A DNA stretch of 57,584 nucleotides, the filler included, from Sphacelaria rigidula (Eukaryota): the NCBI GenBank assembly GCA_964200075.2. It is 7 parts of 7 records of this genome, joined end to end, with 100 filler letters (N's around TTAATTAATTAA, not from the genome) between each part and the next. Parts side by side here need not be neighbours in the genome. Positions count along the whole stretch, not along the records: positions 1 to 8,141 come from CAXNAA020012142.1; positions 8,242 to 16,382 come from CAXNAA020012143.1; 5 more parts are not named here. One strand, given 5' to 3'. Position 1 is the first letter of the stretch, and the number at the start of each line of letters is the position of its first letter. Below, piece by piece: positions 1-12,069 of the stretch. Position numbers and translations under genes: made by a program. The notes under the pieces are model-generated. The model was not told where the DNA came from. It ran no database searches and saw only the letters and a list, made by a program, of their open reading frames with translations.

Positions 1-447
1 TGAAGGGTGAGCTGCACCCTGCTAAGATTGTTCGGCCCTAAGCCCACTGATTATCTTGCCTTTGGGTGACAGCCTCCAACGAGTTGCTGTACTGTCTGGT
101 ATCGCCACTTCCAGAGACAGCCATGGCTTATACACTGCCTCATGGGTGTCTCACCAGTCGGGGGGGAGGGGGGTACTTATTTTTGTTTGCCTTAGTCGTT
201 TGACCATTGACCACGCGTTCCTTTCGAGACAGGTAGCATGAGCATGGGATCTCGGAAACAGGAGAGGGGTAATGCCTTCTGACATTTTGCTTGATTAGGT
301 ACATGGCCGTAAAAATACTTTTGTACGTATGTGGGTAATCCATCAATTTTCACTTATATGCGAGGGTTGGCACATGTCCGCCTCCCCCCCCCCCTCGCGC
401 GCGCCATTCCTTTTATTGGCCTCATTTCCCACCAAACACTTGTCAAT

Positions 448-607
448 CCCTCTTTCTTCGGAAAGGGTCCGTGGTCACCAGGGATCAAGCCATCTGTCTC
501 TCCCCTGGTACGCGCAACGGTGCTCCGTATCGAAAGGGATGCGTGGTCAACGGTCAAACGACCGAGGCAGGCAACGAACGAGAACCCCCCTCCCTGGTAC
601 ACGCCTT
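448..607 (-). mobile_element. Retroposon (SINE/LINE 3'-tail family B) fragment
   Basis: Minus strand reads gatggcttgatccct..gaccacggac..ccgaagaaagaggg. The same motif occurs at 2941-3027, 3543-3607, 3767-3886 and in the 3' part of the SINE at 22913-23123. A partial inverted copy lies at ~140-240. Confidence 0.55.
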
Positions 608-970
608 GCAATTTGGTCTTGCGGATTGGACCATGATCATCAGCACTCTCGCACCGCTCGACTTTGGTCAAATAGAATCCCTTTGCTACTTACGTTGTCG
701 CGTTTTGACGACGGAAATTAGATACTTCTGCAGAAACAATTCAGCCTGAATGCATCTGCCAGGAATCGAACCCCGATTTTTCCGTACACTTGTATAGAAA
801 TGTTCAACTTTTTTACCGATATAGCACCATGGAACCAGTACGAAGGCCTTTGAAAGCAGCTACAACTAGCTGCTGCAGGAGAGGTGATCCACAGTGTAAG
901 GACAACTGGTCAGGTGACCTGATCTTCTGCTTGGAAGTTCCCCTCCCCCGCTCCCCCTCCCCCCACTATA

Positions 971-1093
971 TCGCGCTTGGTGATTGATCGCGAGCCTGGT
1001 CCGGCGAAAACCCGGCGTGCTCCATCCCGGCATTGTACGGATGTGAGGTCATTGGTCCTATGACTACGGCATGCAAGATCATGAACTCACCCC
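971..1093. repeat. Dispersed repeat family A, terminal ~125-bp module
   Basis: tcgcgcttggtgatt..gcgagcctggtccggcgaaaacccggcgtgctc...gcatgcaagatcatgaa..cccc recurs at ~1878-2013, ~6290-6414, 16483-16600, ~18826-18945 and ~18962-19061. Confidence 0.85.
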
Positions 1094-1296
1094 ATACCGT
1101 GCGGTGTGGTCTCCAGGTAACCCCAAAACTGAGCCGTCTCACGATTATAGTGTCTTGTTTTCATCACCACATCAGTTCTATATCTCCGACTCAGCGGTCA
1201 ACCCGTGCCAATGTCTTCCCTCGAACCCAGAACTATTCATCCTTGCCCCGAGTCCCGTAACATACTCTCATACTCATGACCCCACTACCGTTTCAG

Positions 1297-1572
1297 ACGT
1301 ATGGCTACGTCTGGTATTCCGATTACCGGGGAAAAAATGATCCATCAACAAGGATACAATACGTGGACACAAGCCTTCGCTGCAACGGAGGACAGAGGTA
1401 CACCAGGCGACTGGCACTCACTCTATTCCTTCTCCGCCCGCCTCATGCCCCGGGGTATCCACATGATAAAACACGACTTCGTCCCCAAGATCCACGTCTT
1501 GAGCCACGGCCCGCTCTAGCGCACCCAGGCACGTCCCATGGTTGTGGCCAGCGGCGTGCAGCGTGAGGATCG
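1297..1572 (+). pseudogene. Possible degenerate KDZ (Kyakuja-Dileera-Zisupton)-like transposase exon
   Basis: Follows a tttcag acceptor. Translation ITGEKMIH..(~25 aa)..LYSFSARL..FVPKIHVLSHGPL*RTQARPMVVASGVQRED has the order and spacing of the KDZ core GE..Y / YDxxC / PxFHxxxHxxxC..P....G...EDGE. It has an in-frame stop and substituted catalytic positions. Assigned by eye only. Confidence 0.35.
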
Positions 1573-1737
1573 GTACAACACGCCTCTTGATCTTGTTTGC
1601 ACCCCGCCGCTGCTGCTGCTGTTGTTCCCGTTGTTTGGGAACGCTAGCTGCACACACACGCAGACGGGAAAAAAACGTTCGATGAGGGCAAGAGACGTTG
1701 TTTTCAGCTTCTTCCCTCCCTCGCTCCCCCTCTTGGG

Positions 1738-2013
1738 GAGTGGCGATACCAGAAAATGAAGCATGTCATTGTAGCTTGTCGTCCAAATGAAAGATAATAA
1801 GTAGAGGCTTCGGTCCGAACAATCATAGCAGGATGCAGCTTACTCTTCATGCGACTCGCCGAAAACACCACAGCGCTTCGCGCTTGGTGATTGAGTGCGA
1901 GCCGGGTCCAGCGAAAACCCGGCGTGCTCCGTCCCGGCTTTGTAGGGATGCGAGGCCAACGATTTTATGGTCTTATGACTATGACATGCAAGATCATGAA
2001 TACACACCCCCCC
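1738..2013. repeat. Dispersed repeat family A, extended copy
   Basis: tggcgataccagaaaatgaagca...tcatgcgactcgccgaaaac followed by the terminal module. Collinear with ~6160-6414 and ~18690-18945. Confidence 0.85.
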
Positions 2014-2940
2014 GCCCCAACAAAACAAGAACGAAAGCGTGAACTAAGTTTCATCTACTAGACACTGTACGAACGATAAAACGAACCCCTTCAATAGCGC
2101 TGTGCGCTACAAACAGCACCTCCGCTCTGTTTCGGGACTCTTGCGTGCTTGTCGATACCCAGCATCATTTTTTCTTGCTTGTATCACAAATGAAAGTTTG
2201 TGCGTTTACTCCCCCGGGTTTTCCGAAAAAGAGGTCACTCGCCGTAGACAGAGAAGGTGTTGAGCCAACCTTTCTTTTTTCTTTATAGTAATACGACCTT
2301 CATTTCATGTGTGAAGGCCGCGCACATTGCTTGTTTGAATCAGGTAATGTACATATTTTCGGTAGGAAGACAAGAAAACACAAAGCGGACCTATGCTAGT
2401 ACTGTACACATACACGTACGTCCTGCAGCCGCCGAGCCCCTGTGGTGTAATGGTACAACGTGCACCAATCAGGTCAATGAGAAAAAAAAAAAAAATGATT
2501 TCGATTCCCGCCAGATGCGTTTAGCTTAGTTTTTTTTCTTCCCCGAATCTGATATCCGTCCTTTGAAAGCGAGAGGACGTAGGGCGCAAAAAAGAGTTGA
2601 CGTTAGGACGAATCATCACGGCTACAAATCACCAAATCCACGATTCCTTCGGCCTGATTGCCCAAAAGGGAAAAAGAAGTTGACCGCTAGTCCAAGGAGT
2701 ATCCACGCAACTTTTTCGCCATTCCACGTGCCTGTGTCGGGCTGCGTGTACCTAGGTTGCAACGCTGAACACAAAGCCTAGGGACTGATTCGTACGAGTC
2801 GAATCAATTATGCTGAAACCAAGTGATTTCCAGACGAATCATTGATTTGTCCGACCCTTGAAAGAGTTCTACTTTGACCGAGCTCGTTTGACGAGAGTCA
2901 TCGCCGTGTTGGCGTGCTGATCCGATCCGCGATACCAGAA

Positions 2941-3886
2941 TGCAAGGCGTGTGCGCCGGGGGAGCGATGGCTTGATCCCTCCGAACCACGGACTCGTTCC
3001 GATGAGGAAGGGGGGAGGGGTTCGAAGCGCGACACAAAAGAAAACGATAACCTAAAGGTACAACAAGACCTAACACGGTTCAAATCAATCGTGACGTCAT
3101 AGCGCACTGAGCGTAAAAAACACACACACACACACACACGTTTTTTGTGACCACGGGTTATAAATTGCTGGAAACGAGCTATTGTGAGAAACAACGACAA
3201 CACACGGGCACACTTGTACACCGCAGGAGATCGACGCGCTCGAGAACTATCACGAGGTAGCTTCCACGTCTCTCGGCACCGAATAATGTGTCATAACTGA
3301 GCGATGAAACCCGGAATCCTCGACTCAAAACACAACAACAAGAAGGGTGAATGTCAAGGGTATTGCTTCATGGCAAGATAGATGATATCGGAAGCCGCGC
3401 TGTTGTGGATATGGTACAGTACTGTTGCCACGATAGGGCGGGCGGCCAATGAATACCGCGAGATCAGCAGCCAGGCAGCGGATGTGCCCACGGGTTGTCC
3501 GCCCGTTTTGCCCAACAAGCAAGCTTCTACTTTTATGTTTAACCGGGGAGATATGGGTTGATCCCTTGAGACCACGGACTCATCCCGAGGAAGGGGAGGG
3601 GTTCAAAGTGTGAGGGAAAAACAAACAACGTTGAGAATGTCAAGTATTTGAGAAGGCGAATGAGTTGGCTTTCTGCTTGTCATCAAGCCGCTTTTCTATC
3701 GCAAGTCGATTATTGCTACTGTGGCAATTTTCGGCCAGTACACGATGCTCCGAAAATAGGTTGTGCGGCGCGTACCAGGGAAAGTATGTGGCTTAATTGA
3801 TCCTTCGGGATCAACGACTCGTCCCGAGGAAGGGCAGCGACGGCGGCGGGGCTAGGGGAGAAGGGGGCGGGGGGGGGGGTTCAAAA
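2941..3886 (+). repeat. Three family B retroposon 3'-tail fragments (2941-3027, 3543-3607, 3767-3886)
   Basis: Each has ttgatccct..ac(c/g)acggactc(g/a)t(c/t)cc..gaggaagg..ggggttc(g/a)aa followed by A/C-rich sequence. Confidence 0.65.
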
Positions 3887-4869
3887 GTACTGACATGTCG
3901 AAACAAGAAAAAAAATCAGCACTGACCCATCCATTCTTCGCCTGCGTCGAACGCCACGTTGTTGCCGGCCCTATTCCCAACTATCGTCACTCGCGTGGGC
4001 CCGGGGGTCGTGAGTACATCCACGGTTTCGCGCGGCGGGGCCGGTCTCGATGCAGGATCAGCAGCAGCGGCAGATTTCCTGTCTAATGTTTTTTTTTTTT
4101 TTATTGTTGTTTCGCAAATGCATCCATGCAGGATAGCAGGGACGGCAGACGGGGGGCAGAGACAGAACGGTAACGTAAATACATCATTACGCACGTAGCA
4201 GAATGATAGGCTGGTGGTTCATGGCACATTCGGTTGTTGGCGGGTTTGTGTACGATCGGGAGAGAAACTTTGTGGGGTGGGTGAAAGGAGGGAGGCCGGG
4301 AATGGGTGGGGGGGTGCATTCATGGGGGGGGCGGGGGGTCAGCAAAAACATGCTCGATCGCATCGCAAGTACGTTTGCGATACGCTAGGCCTTGGGATAA
4401 TGTCAGGTTTCTGGACCATGACTTCCAATATATACATTTTATTCAAGACTATTTTCCTCCCTCGGCGGTTCGTTTTCCGTCCCATGGAAAAATGACCCAA
4501 TTCTCATCATGGATAAAGCTAGATATATTTCTTGACTTTACCCTATCTCGAAGGGGCACGTGTCGAACCCAGTTTCGCTTCGGTTGCTCACCATCACTGA
4601 ATTCCGAGGCCGGATCATCCCTCTCGAAGGATAGAAGGATAAGCACAAAACTAGTGAAATAAATCTGGGTTCAAACCTCAAGTCTCCTCAGGGGGAAGGG
4701 AGGGAAGAGCAGAGGTTGATGAAATCACACTACACGGCTCATGCGAGAACCCTACGATATGAGTATTCAAAACATGCGGCTGCTTGAGTATTGTTGAGGT
4801 TTACAAACTCAATCTAAGATTTAAAATTGAAGACTAATTTTTCATGTTTCATCGTTTCCGCAAATACCA

Positions 4870-5298
4870 TCAAAGAACGGCAAAGATCTCCCCCTCCCCT
4901 CCCCTCCCCTCCCTTCCCCCCTCCACGTCATCCCTACACTCTACACTTGCTTCCCGCCCGCGGACGAAGGTGCATACACACCAGTATAAACAAAGTCGTG
5001 GGCGCCTTCTGTCTCTCTCGCTATATTCGCCCATCTCACCGCTGTTTCTGGGGGAACAATCTACATCTTCCCAGCTGTCCTCGTCGTCGTCGCGATCATT
5101 ATCCACCGGAGAGGTCCCAGCAGCCGACGGGGACGCCCGCGGTGCTGCCACTGGCCTTCTGCCCACTGAGTCCGCGCCCATTTCAGGCAAGTAGGAGCTC
5201 TTGATGACCCCTCTAAGAGCGGCGCGGTTGGCGCCTGACTTGAACCGGTTTTTGTGGTCAACCCACATTTGCCGCAGTTCCTCCTCTCGTTCGTCCAC
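4870..5298 (-). pseudogene. Isolated exon-like ORF of unknown product
   Basis: 142-codon open frame starting right after a ttactag acceptor (VDEREEELRQMWVDHKNRFKSGANRAALRGVIKSSYL..., acidic DNDRDDDEDSWED). No family recognised. Confidence 0.3.
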
Positions 5299-5852
5299 CT
5301 AGTAACCAGGGGGGGGAATAGGGGGGGGGTCAACAGTTACTCGAACCTGTGACCTCTGCGTCTCGTATTTGAGTCACATCTACACCATTATCCTACGAGG
5401 GGAGGGGGTTGCTGTTGGATGAAATAATACACCGGTTCCAAACGAGTGTTCATGTGTGAAAAACATACAAAATCATCCAGAGGTTGATTGTGTACTTGTG
5501 GAGTGCTCGGACACAAGGAAGTCGACAGTGTGTGAGCCCTGAGAAAGAACAGGCATGAAAATAAATCACTGCCTTCGCTGTTTTTTTTCCATACTGTAGT
5601 TGCAGAGAGAATGCAACTTATACTTTTTTATCTCCATTCATGATCGGGTTTCAGCGTAACGTTCGACAATCTGAAAGTAAGATTTCCATAACACGTATAT
5701 TCTAGAGCTCGGAAACGGTTTGTCTCACCATTAACGAGTTGAATGGTTACGCGTAGCGCACTCATTAACCAGTCAAATGGTACATAATGGTTTGGTCATT
5801 GAGCGGCGCAGCCGCAAGCCAAAAAGCCCCCCTCGCCAGCAGAGGGGCTTAA

Positions 5853-6414
5853 CCTGGTCCAGCGAGAACCCGGCGTGCACCGTCCCGGCTTTGTAGGGGC
5901 GGACCCCCGGTGGGGTTGGCGTCGGTTGGCGATGACGCTATAATACACGCCACTCACTGCGTAAGCTAGGCAACCAGGTTACCGATTTTGTTTTGCACGC
6001 TTGCATTTTTTTCGCGGTAAACATGATGGTAGTCGAGCTAGATAATTTTGTGCGGCGTGGGAGAACCTCAGCTCCGCACGATGGGGATGATCGTACTACG
6101 TAGTGTTTGAATAGTGAGACACCCATGAGGCAATGTATAAGACGTGGCTGTCTCCAGAAGTGGCGATACCAGAAAATGAAGCAAATCATCGAAGGCTGTC
6201 ATCCAAATGCAAGATTATCAGTAGGCTTCGGGCCGAACACTCTCAGCAGAATGCAGCTTACCCTTCATGCGACTCGCCGAAAACGGAACTTCGCGCTTGG
6301 TGATTGAGTGCGAGCCTGGTCCGGCGAAAACCCGTCGTGCTCCGTCTTGGCTTTGAAGGGATGCGAGGCCAATGGTCTTATGGCTATGGCATGCAAGATC
6401 ATGAGTGCCCCCCC
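5853..6414. repeat. Dispersed repeat family A, longest copy
   Basis: Contains a partial internal copy of the module (5853-5898), the gcgtaagctag(g/a)caaccaggttaccg block shared with ~17863-17888, and the full terminal module. Confidence 0.8.
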
Positions 6415-8070
6415 TCCCCCCCCCATCTTCAGATGTTCGATTGCAATAGTCATTTCTTGAAACGCATGCGTAGTTTTTGTCTTCGTTCATTTTCTCACCC
6501 ACGAACGCGGGTCTAAATCAACAGGACCAATATGGAAAATTACATAAAATAACACACACAGAGGGCAGGTAGCTGGTGTGTCACCTCGAGTGTCTTCACA
6601 GGGAAGTATGAAATGTGCAAGTGTGCAGTACTTTATAGTACAGTTTGTGTGATACAAGTACCAGGGGCTGTGCCGAGTACCGCGGTTCTTCAGCCTGAGG
6701 AAGAAGAGTATAGTGTGCCTTTCAAGCGTGTGTCGTGTGCATGTGTGCATAATCACCAAGAACATCGTGGGATATTCCTCGTGTTAGACAGGGGTTTGCG
6801 AGGCCATCAGCGCGTCACAAATAAAGGAAAGTATTGCAAAATAACGCGATACCCCCAAATTTTCCCCTCTTCAGGGACCCCTCCCCTCTAGAGAGAAGAC
6901 CTGCAGCTCGGTCGGCTCTCTCCGCCAATCGAAATACCTATTTGCAGTCCTGGTATCCACAATGCGAACCGATGGAAACGAAAAATCGTAATTTTGCGGG
7001 TACCACACTTTCAAGGCGTTGCTGGCGAAGCGTTCTTAAACGATCGGGGAACCCCGACCCCCCTCACCCTCATCAACATGAAAATTCCTGGCCTGTCAGC
7101 CTGCGATACTGTTCCAAAACGATGCCGGAGGTTGAAGACTAGAAAAATCAAAACTCGTTTGAATGAGTTAAAAACAAGTCGAACCAAATCCATCGGGCTG
7201 CGATACAGCGAAAGAGTTGTGCTTTGACAAAGATACGGCAAATATCACCCTCGTTTGATTTTCAAAACTCAAAGAAATTTCTTGAGATAATGGAACATAA
7301 ATTTCACCGAGTTTTTCACGTTGATAATCGGGATGGACAAGATCAATCGAAATATAAAAGGGTCAAAACCTGGAGACAGGAATCACCCCGACGACGGTAA
7401 GCCGGTAAGCCCGTAACCCGTTCCAAATCATACGGAAATAAGACCACTTTCGGAAGGTAAGTAGCGTACTGATACTTGTCGATGCCCGAAATATGGGGTA
7501 AAATGTCGACGCAATAAGAGCTGATGCCCGAAAAGGCGCTAAAAGCGGATTTTCATCGATTCGCTTAGGTTTGCTCCTTATGTAGTACCGAAAATCACGA
7601 CAGATATCGTGCCGCAGTGTATGTGAAAGCTCACAAACGCGGTGATACCTAAAATTCCTCCCTTCTCCTTCCACTGTAAACCGTTCACATATCGAATCGT
7701 GTTCTGTGTTCTGTGCTGCACTCTATTATACAGTTGTACTTTTGTAAGATAGATTATGCTTTTAATGTATTTATTATCGACGGTCAGCAAAAATGAAAAT
7801 CCAACCGCGTTTTCGATGGAATGATATTTTTCTCAGTTTGATCCCAAACTTCAGGGGTGGAGAGATATCATGAATTGACGCCAATTCCGAGAAGAACGCC
7901 TTTCCTGCGATCAATTTCAAGAGACGTGTGGGCTAACCGATGGTCGGCGGTCGTACGAGTGTACACCCTCAGGTTCTTGCTCTGATATTTTCAATCGACA
8001 AAAGCGATCCCGATTGTTGCCGTGAGCAATAACAAGATCTGGCTTACTTATTTCTAGTGAGTCATCGCGC

Positions 8071-8130
<60 letters not shown>

Positions 8131-8141
8131 CTTCACATTAA
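8071..8141 (-). repeat. (GTT)n microsatellite, likely the (CAA)n tail of a retroposon cut by the spacer
   Basis: About 19 GTT units followed by gtcttcacattaa at the segment end. Confidence 0.7.
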
Positions 8142-8241
8142 NNNNNNNNNNNNNNNNNNNNNNNNNNNNNNNNNNNNNNNNNNNNTTAATTAATTAANNN
8201 NNNNNNNNNNNNNNNNNNNNNNNNNNNNNNNNNNNNNNNNN
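8142..8241. other. Artificial 100-nt spacer (N44-TTAATTAATTAA-N44), first of six
   Basis: Identical spacers at 16383-16482, 24624-24723, 32865-32964, 41105-41204 and 49345-49444. TTAATTAATTAA gives stops in all six frames. Confidence 0.97.
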
Positions 8242-8485
8242 TGTCGGTCCGGAACGTTTTCTAGTGGCGGTCCCCGGTATATGTACGGTGGCAGGCGGGT
8301 GGGAGGGGGGGGAGAAAAAGCACGCGAATCAGTGTATCGGCCTCTTTGTCAATCGTTGGGTCTCCTACATGTATGACGGTCAGGGTCGGTCTTTCCGTGT
8401 ACTGTGTGCCTCACAGGCCTGAATATGCAAGCACCGAATGACATGAGGAATATGTACCGCGCGCATAGCTCAGGCATCGACTCAC

Positions 8486-11400
8486 TTTTGTCATGCACAA
8501 CTGTTCCGTTCCGCCGCCTTCACCATTCCTTGTCTCGAAAAAAGTCGTGCGCTCTTCGGTGGTAGCCTCTCGAAGGGAAAAGCCTAGCCCCTTTTCTACC
8601 TTCTGGCACACATATCCTCCGAGTTCGACACCACGGTCCACTGCTGGTTGTCCACCATAGTCCGCACGTATGTCTTCGTTACCGCACCTTCGCTATCCGA
8701 GGAGTTCTTGCCGTGGCTCGGACCGAAATAGTGGTGTTCGATGTGTACTTTGTTTTCGGTTGACACTCCGCCCTCGTCTAGGGCCAGTATCATGGCACCT
8801 CCATCCGAACCGAAATGGTATCGACGTTTGAACTGTTTGAAGCAGTTGTCGCTGAGTACGGTAGTGGTGGTCATGGGAACTGCCCCGATATTCCGAAGTA
8901 AGGCCGGGATGTCTTCGCTCAGTCACCTCAACAATACGTATTGTACCCATGCATTATCTTGAGCCATGTCGTCGCTTAAGATGATGAACGAGTATTCCCA
9001 CACACGGCCACCCCATCTAAACATGATATAGCAGGGAAAAATGGTCGTCGCGTCGTGGTTCCAGTGTTGGCTCTGAACTTGGTCTTGTTCCTTTACTTGC
9101 AGTCGTTCCTGGAAGTCAACAATCAACAGCACTTCTCCGTCCTTCAAAGTGTGCTTCTTGTCGTTGAAGGCGATGCGCTGCATTTTGTATTGTCTTCTGT
9201 GTATGATGAACCGGTGAAATATCTCCTTAAACTCCAGCATGAAGTCGTGCACTGACCCTCTTTTTTCCGCGACGGCCTGTGGAGGATAATGAGCGACGGT
9301 TCAGGATGGGAATGAGGGGGGGGGGGGGGGGGGGTGAGGGTACCGTCGGTCGGGCGCGCTGTATTGGGTAGCGGTGATTCGTGTGTCTTTAGCGCTCGCC
9401 CTCATCAACACTAAAGTTAACACGTGATATATAGTATATTCGGCGTCTCGACCTCAAGATGGGGGTGTTTCCTTCCCCCGTGGGTCAACGTCGCTGACTT
9501 CGGACAGTATCTCGTGCGAGATTGACCACGCAACGAGATCCTCGCGCGATGGTAGGGGTCGCATATCTTGGTCGGGATCGTTCCCATTTGGAGCCTCCTA
9601 CATGTATGACGTGCGCAGCATACGTGTGACGATGTTAGGCCTTGCATATTTCGTTTGAGGCTTCTCTGTCCTATTGTGGTAGTAATTGTTGCGTGTTGAA
9701 AAAGCGATCGCGTGGTGATTAGGCTCTCTTCGGCGAACATCAATGGCTCCCCGGATAGGATTATTTTCCTCTCATATTTTTGCCACTCTGCACAACTTCC
9801 GTTGTGAAAACTTGGATGTCGCACGGCCTGTAGCCTTTGATCATTTAAGTCCACACCTGTCGTTTCCTCTGGTTCGATCTCGCTCGCGTGTCGTACTCGG
9901 CCTCGGCGTCTTCGGCTCTCCCCTCCCGGCGGTTGTTCGGACGTGTTACCGCCGTCGTCGCCATCCCTTTCTCGTTTATATCAGTGTACATATTCCACCG
10001 GACCTCTCCGGGCGCCGGTCTTCCTCTCGAGTTTGCGTCCAAAGCGGCCGAAGCCTCTCCCGACGTCCCGCCCTTGTGTCGTGGGCACTCGAAAAACGCA
10101 TTTTGCATCCGAATGCATTCGACGCAGCTACGGCCTACGCACGTCGACTTATGTGATTCCACTCGCATTCCGTCACGCGAGGTGTACAGATACTCCTTAC
10201 TGCACATGTGCTTCTAGCTGAAGTTGGCCATGCCGTGGATGGAGTTACGCGAGGTGTATGGGAGGTACTCCACACACCCGCCGTCCTTGCAGAGGTTGCA
10301 TTCGCACGTGCAAGCGGAATCGGGGGTGAGTCCTTCATGAAGCGTAGGCCACAGGTCGTACAGGGCGAGGGTAATGAGCTTCGCCTTGTAGCAGGTGGCG
10401 CACAGGCACGATCGATTGGACTGCTCGATAACGTAGAAGCGGATCGAATTGTCGAAGGCTCTTCGGCTGATGTTCTCCACCTCCACTGCACCCGTTTGAA
10501 ACTGAGCGAGGGTGCTCAAATGCAGAAGGAAAAACGTCCGGGTATGGTGACAAACCAGAAGTAGAATAATCTTCCCTCCTTCAAACTTCACGCTTCCTCC
10601 CTGTTGTCTTGAAAGGGGATGAGCAAGCGTGTATTTCTACGTCGATATTCTTACACCAATACTGCACATGACATTAGCCGCACATCTGGGCTCGCCGGGG
10701 ACCTCCTACGTGTATGACGGGCAGGAGGTCGACGATTAGGACAAGATTCACGTATGAAAACATTCACTAGAGCGAGATGCCATCGCCCGGCCATTGCGGG
10801 AGGTGTTAGCGTCCCGCAGTTATGGATGAGGTAGAAGATATGTTTTCCCGAGTTTGGTATGAACAACGATGCGATCGTCTATATTGTCGAGCACTTGCCA
10901 TGGTCAAGCATAAACTCCTATGCGACGCCTGTGTGGCACATGTTGTCTCACCGTCTCTTCCATCTCCGTCATGATGTCGTCGTAGAGCTTCACCTTTGTG
11001 CCCATCAAGTATTGAACAGGCATACAAGAGCATAGCTCGGGTTTAACGCACACCAGCGAGTGATCTGCGTCTGAGCGTTCGTGGTTGCCGGTTAAGTAGT
11101 TGTGCTTCCATTTCACCTCACATGGAGACGGCTGGGTGTGAAATATGATCCGTTCTTGAATCCAGGCCAGTGCGTTGGGACACGTGACCTCCACTCGATC
11201 TGATCGCGGCTTCCTGTCGGATACGCTGGGAGACGGCAGCATGGCATAGGTGGATGCCGGATACGCGAGGGGGGTGGGTACGCATCATACTATATTTTCA
11301 TACACACGGGATGCTCGGCAGCCGACGCATCATCGCGACTGAGCGTTGATGAAAGTAATCCGTCCTCAGATTGGTGGATGTTGTGATGGATGCGTCTGCC

Positions 11401-11968
11401 CGTGGCACTTATGGGAGGAAATACCCTTCGTTTACGCATCATCGACATCCACCTCAGTCGTAGTGACTCACATGCGTTGTGGCTTTCCGTTTTCCCTGGC
11501 ATCCTCTCGGCACCTCTTTGCGCCATAAAACGCTTCTCGGCTGAGGAGCCCTCCGATGAAATTTCTGCCATTTGCATATGTAGTGGATTCCCCGCACATA
11601 GCGCCCAAAACGGAGCTGCGGATCTGCCTTCCTCCCTCAGAGGCGACGACATCTGGCGCGGACAGTTGCGCCAAAAGTTCACGGATGCTGTTGCATATCG
11701 CGCTGTCACCGTTCCTCCTCTTTCTGTCAATCGCCAGGTTGGGATCAATCAGGTTCACAAGCCGCGGGTGTTTCTGGAGGAGAGACCTCGTGAGCTCCCT
11801 TACTTCGTCGCATGTCGCCTCTGTGTTCAGCCACTTCTGCTCTTCCTCTGACTCCACAGCGTTGAGAAATACGTCTGCGGCTTTGTACAGTGAGTTTTTG
11901 AGGTTCCATGCTGACGTCCTCCCCATTACTTGAGGTCGGGCTGGCCCCACAGTCCTGGGTGATATCAA
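8486..11968 (-). mobile_element. Degenerate, intron-containing Sola2-like DDD transposase gene
   Basis: Catalytic exon 9276-8486 reads LLIVDFQERL..QDQVQSQHW...TTIFP..IILSDDMAQD..LSDNCFKQFK..YFGPSHGKNSSDSEG..K. This matches the DF.E..QS.HW / SD / SD.C..Q.K / HGK..D pattern of Sola2-type transposases. Upstream exons carry RKPRSD..HTQPSP and SCLCATC/Cys-rich segments. A phase-0 GT-AG intron lies at 9856-9277, with a GTGAGT donor at 8485. In-frame stops at 10214-10216 and 8923-8925 plus a frameshift near 8620. Confidence 0.75.
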
Positions 11969-12069
11969 GTGCGTGTTGAGGTGTGAAATCCTTTGGCTTT
12001 ACCATAGTTTGGCCATGCGAACATATGTTTCAGCAAGCCATACCTTGTCGGCGCCTAATCTCTTATTCG

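Noticed and set aside
752..800. tRNA gene (ggggttcgattcctggcagatgca on the minus strand); similar B-box hits near 5340, 26615 and 50293
   Set aside because: Only T-arm-like fragments are present and no complete cloverleaf can be built. They are more likely SINE-derived.
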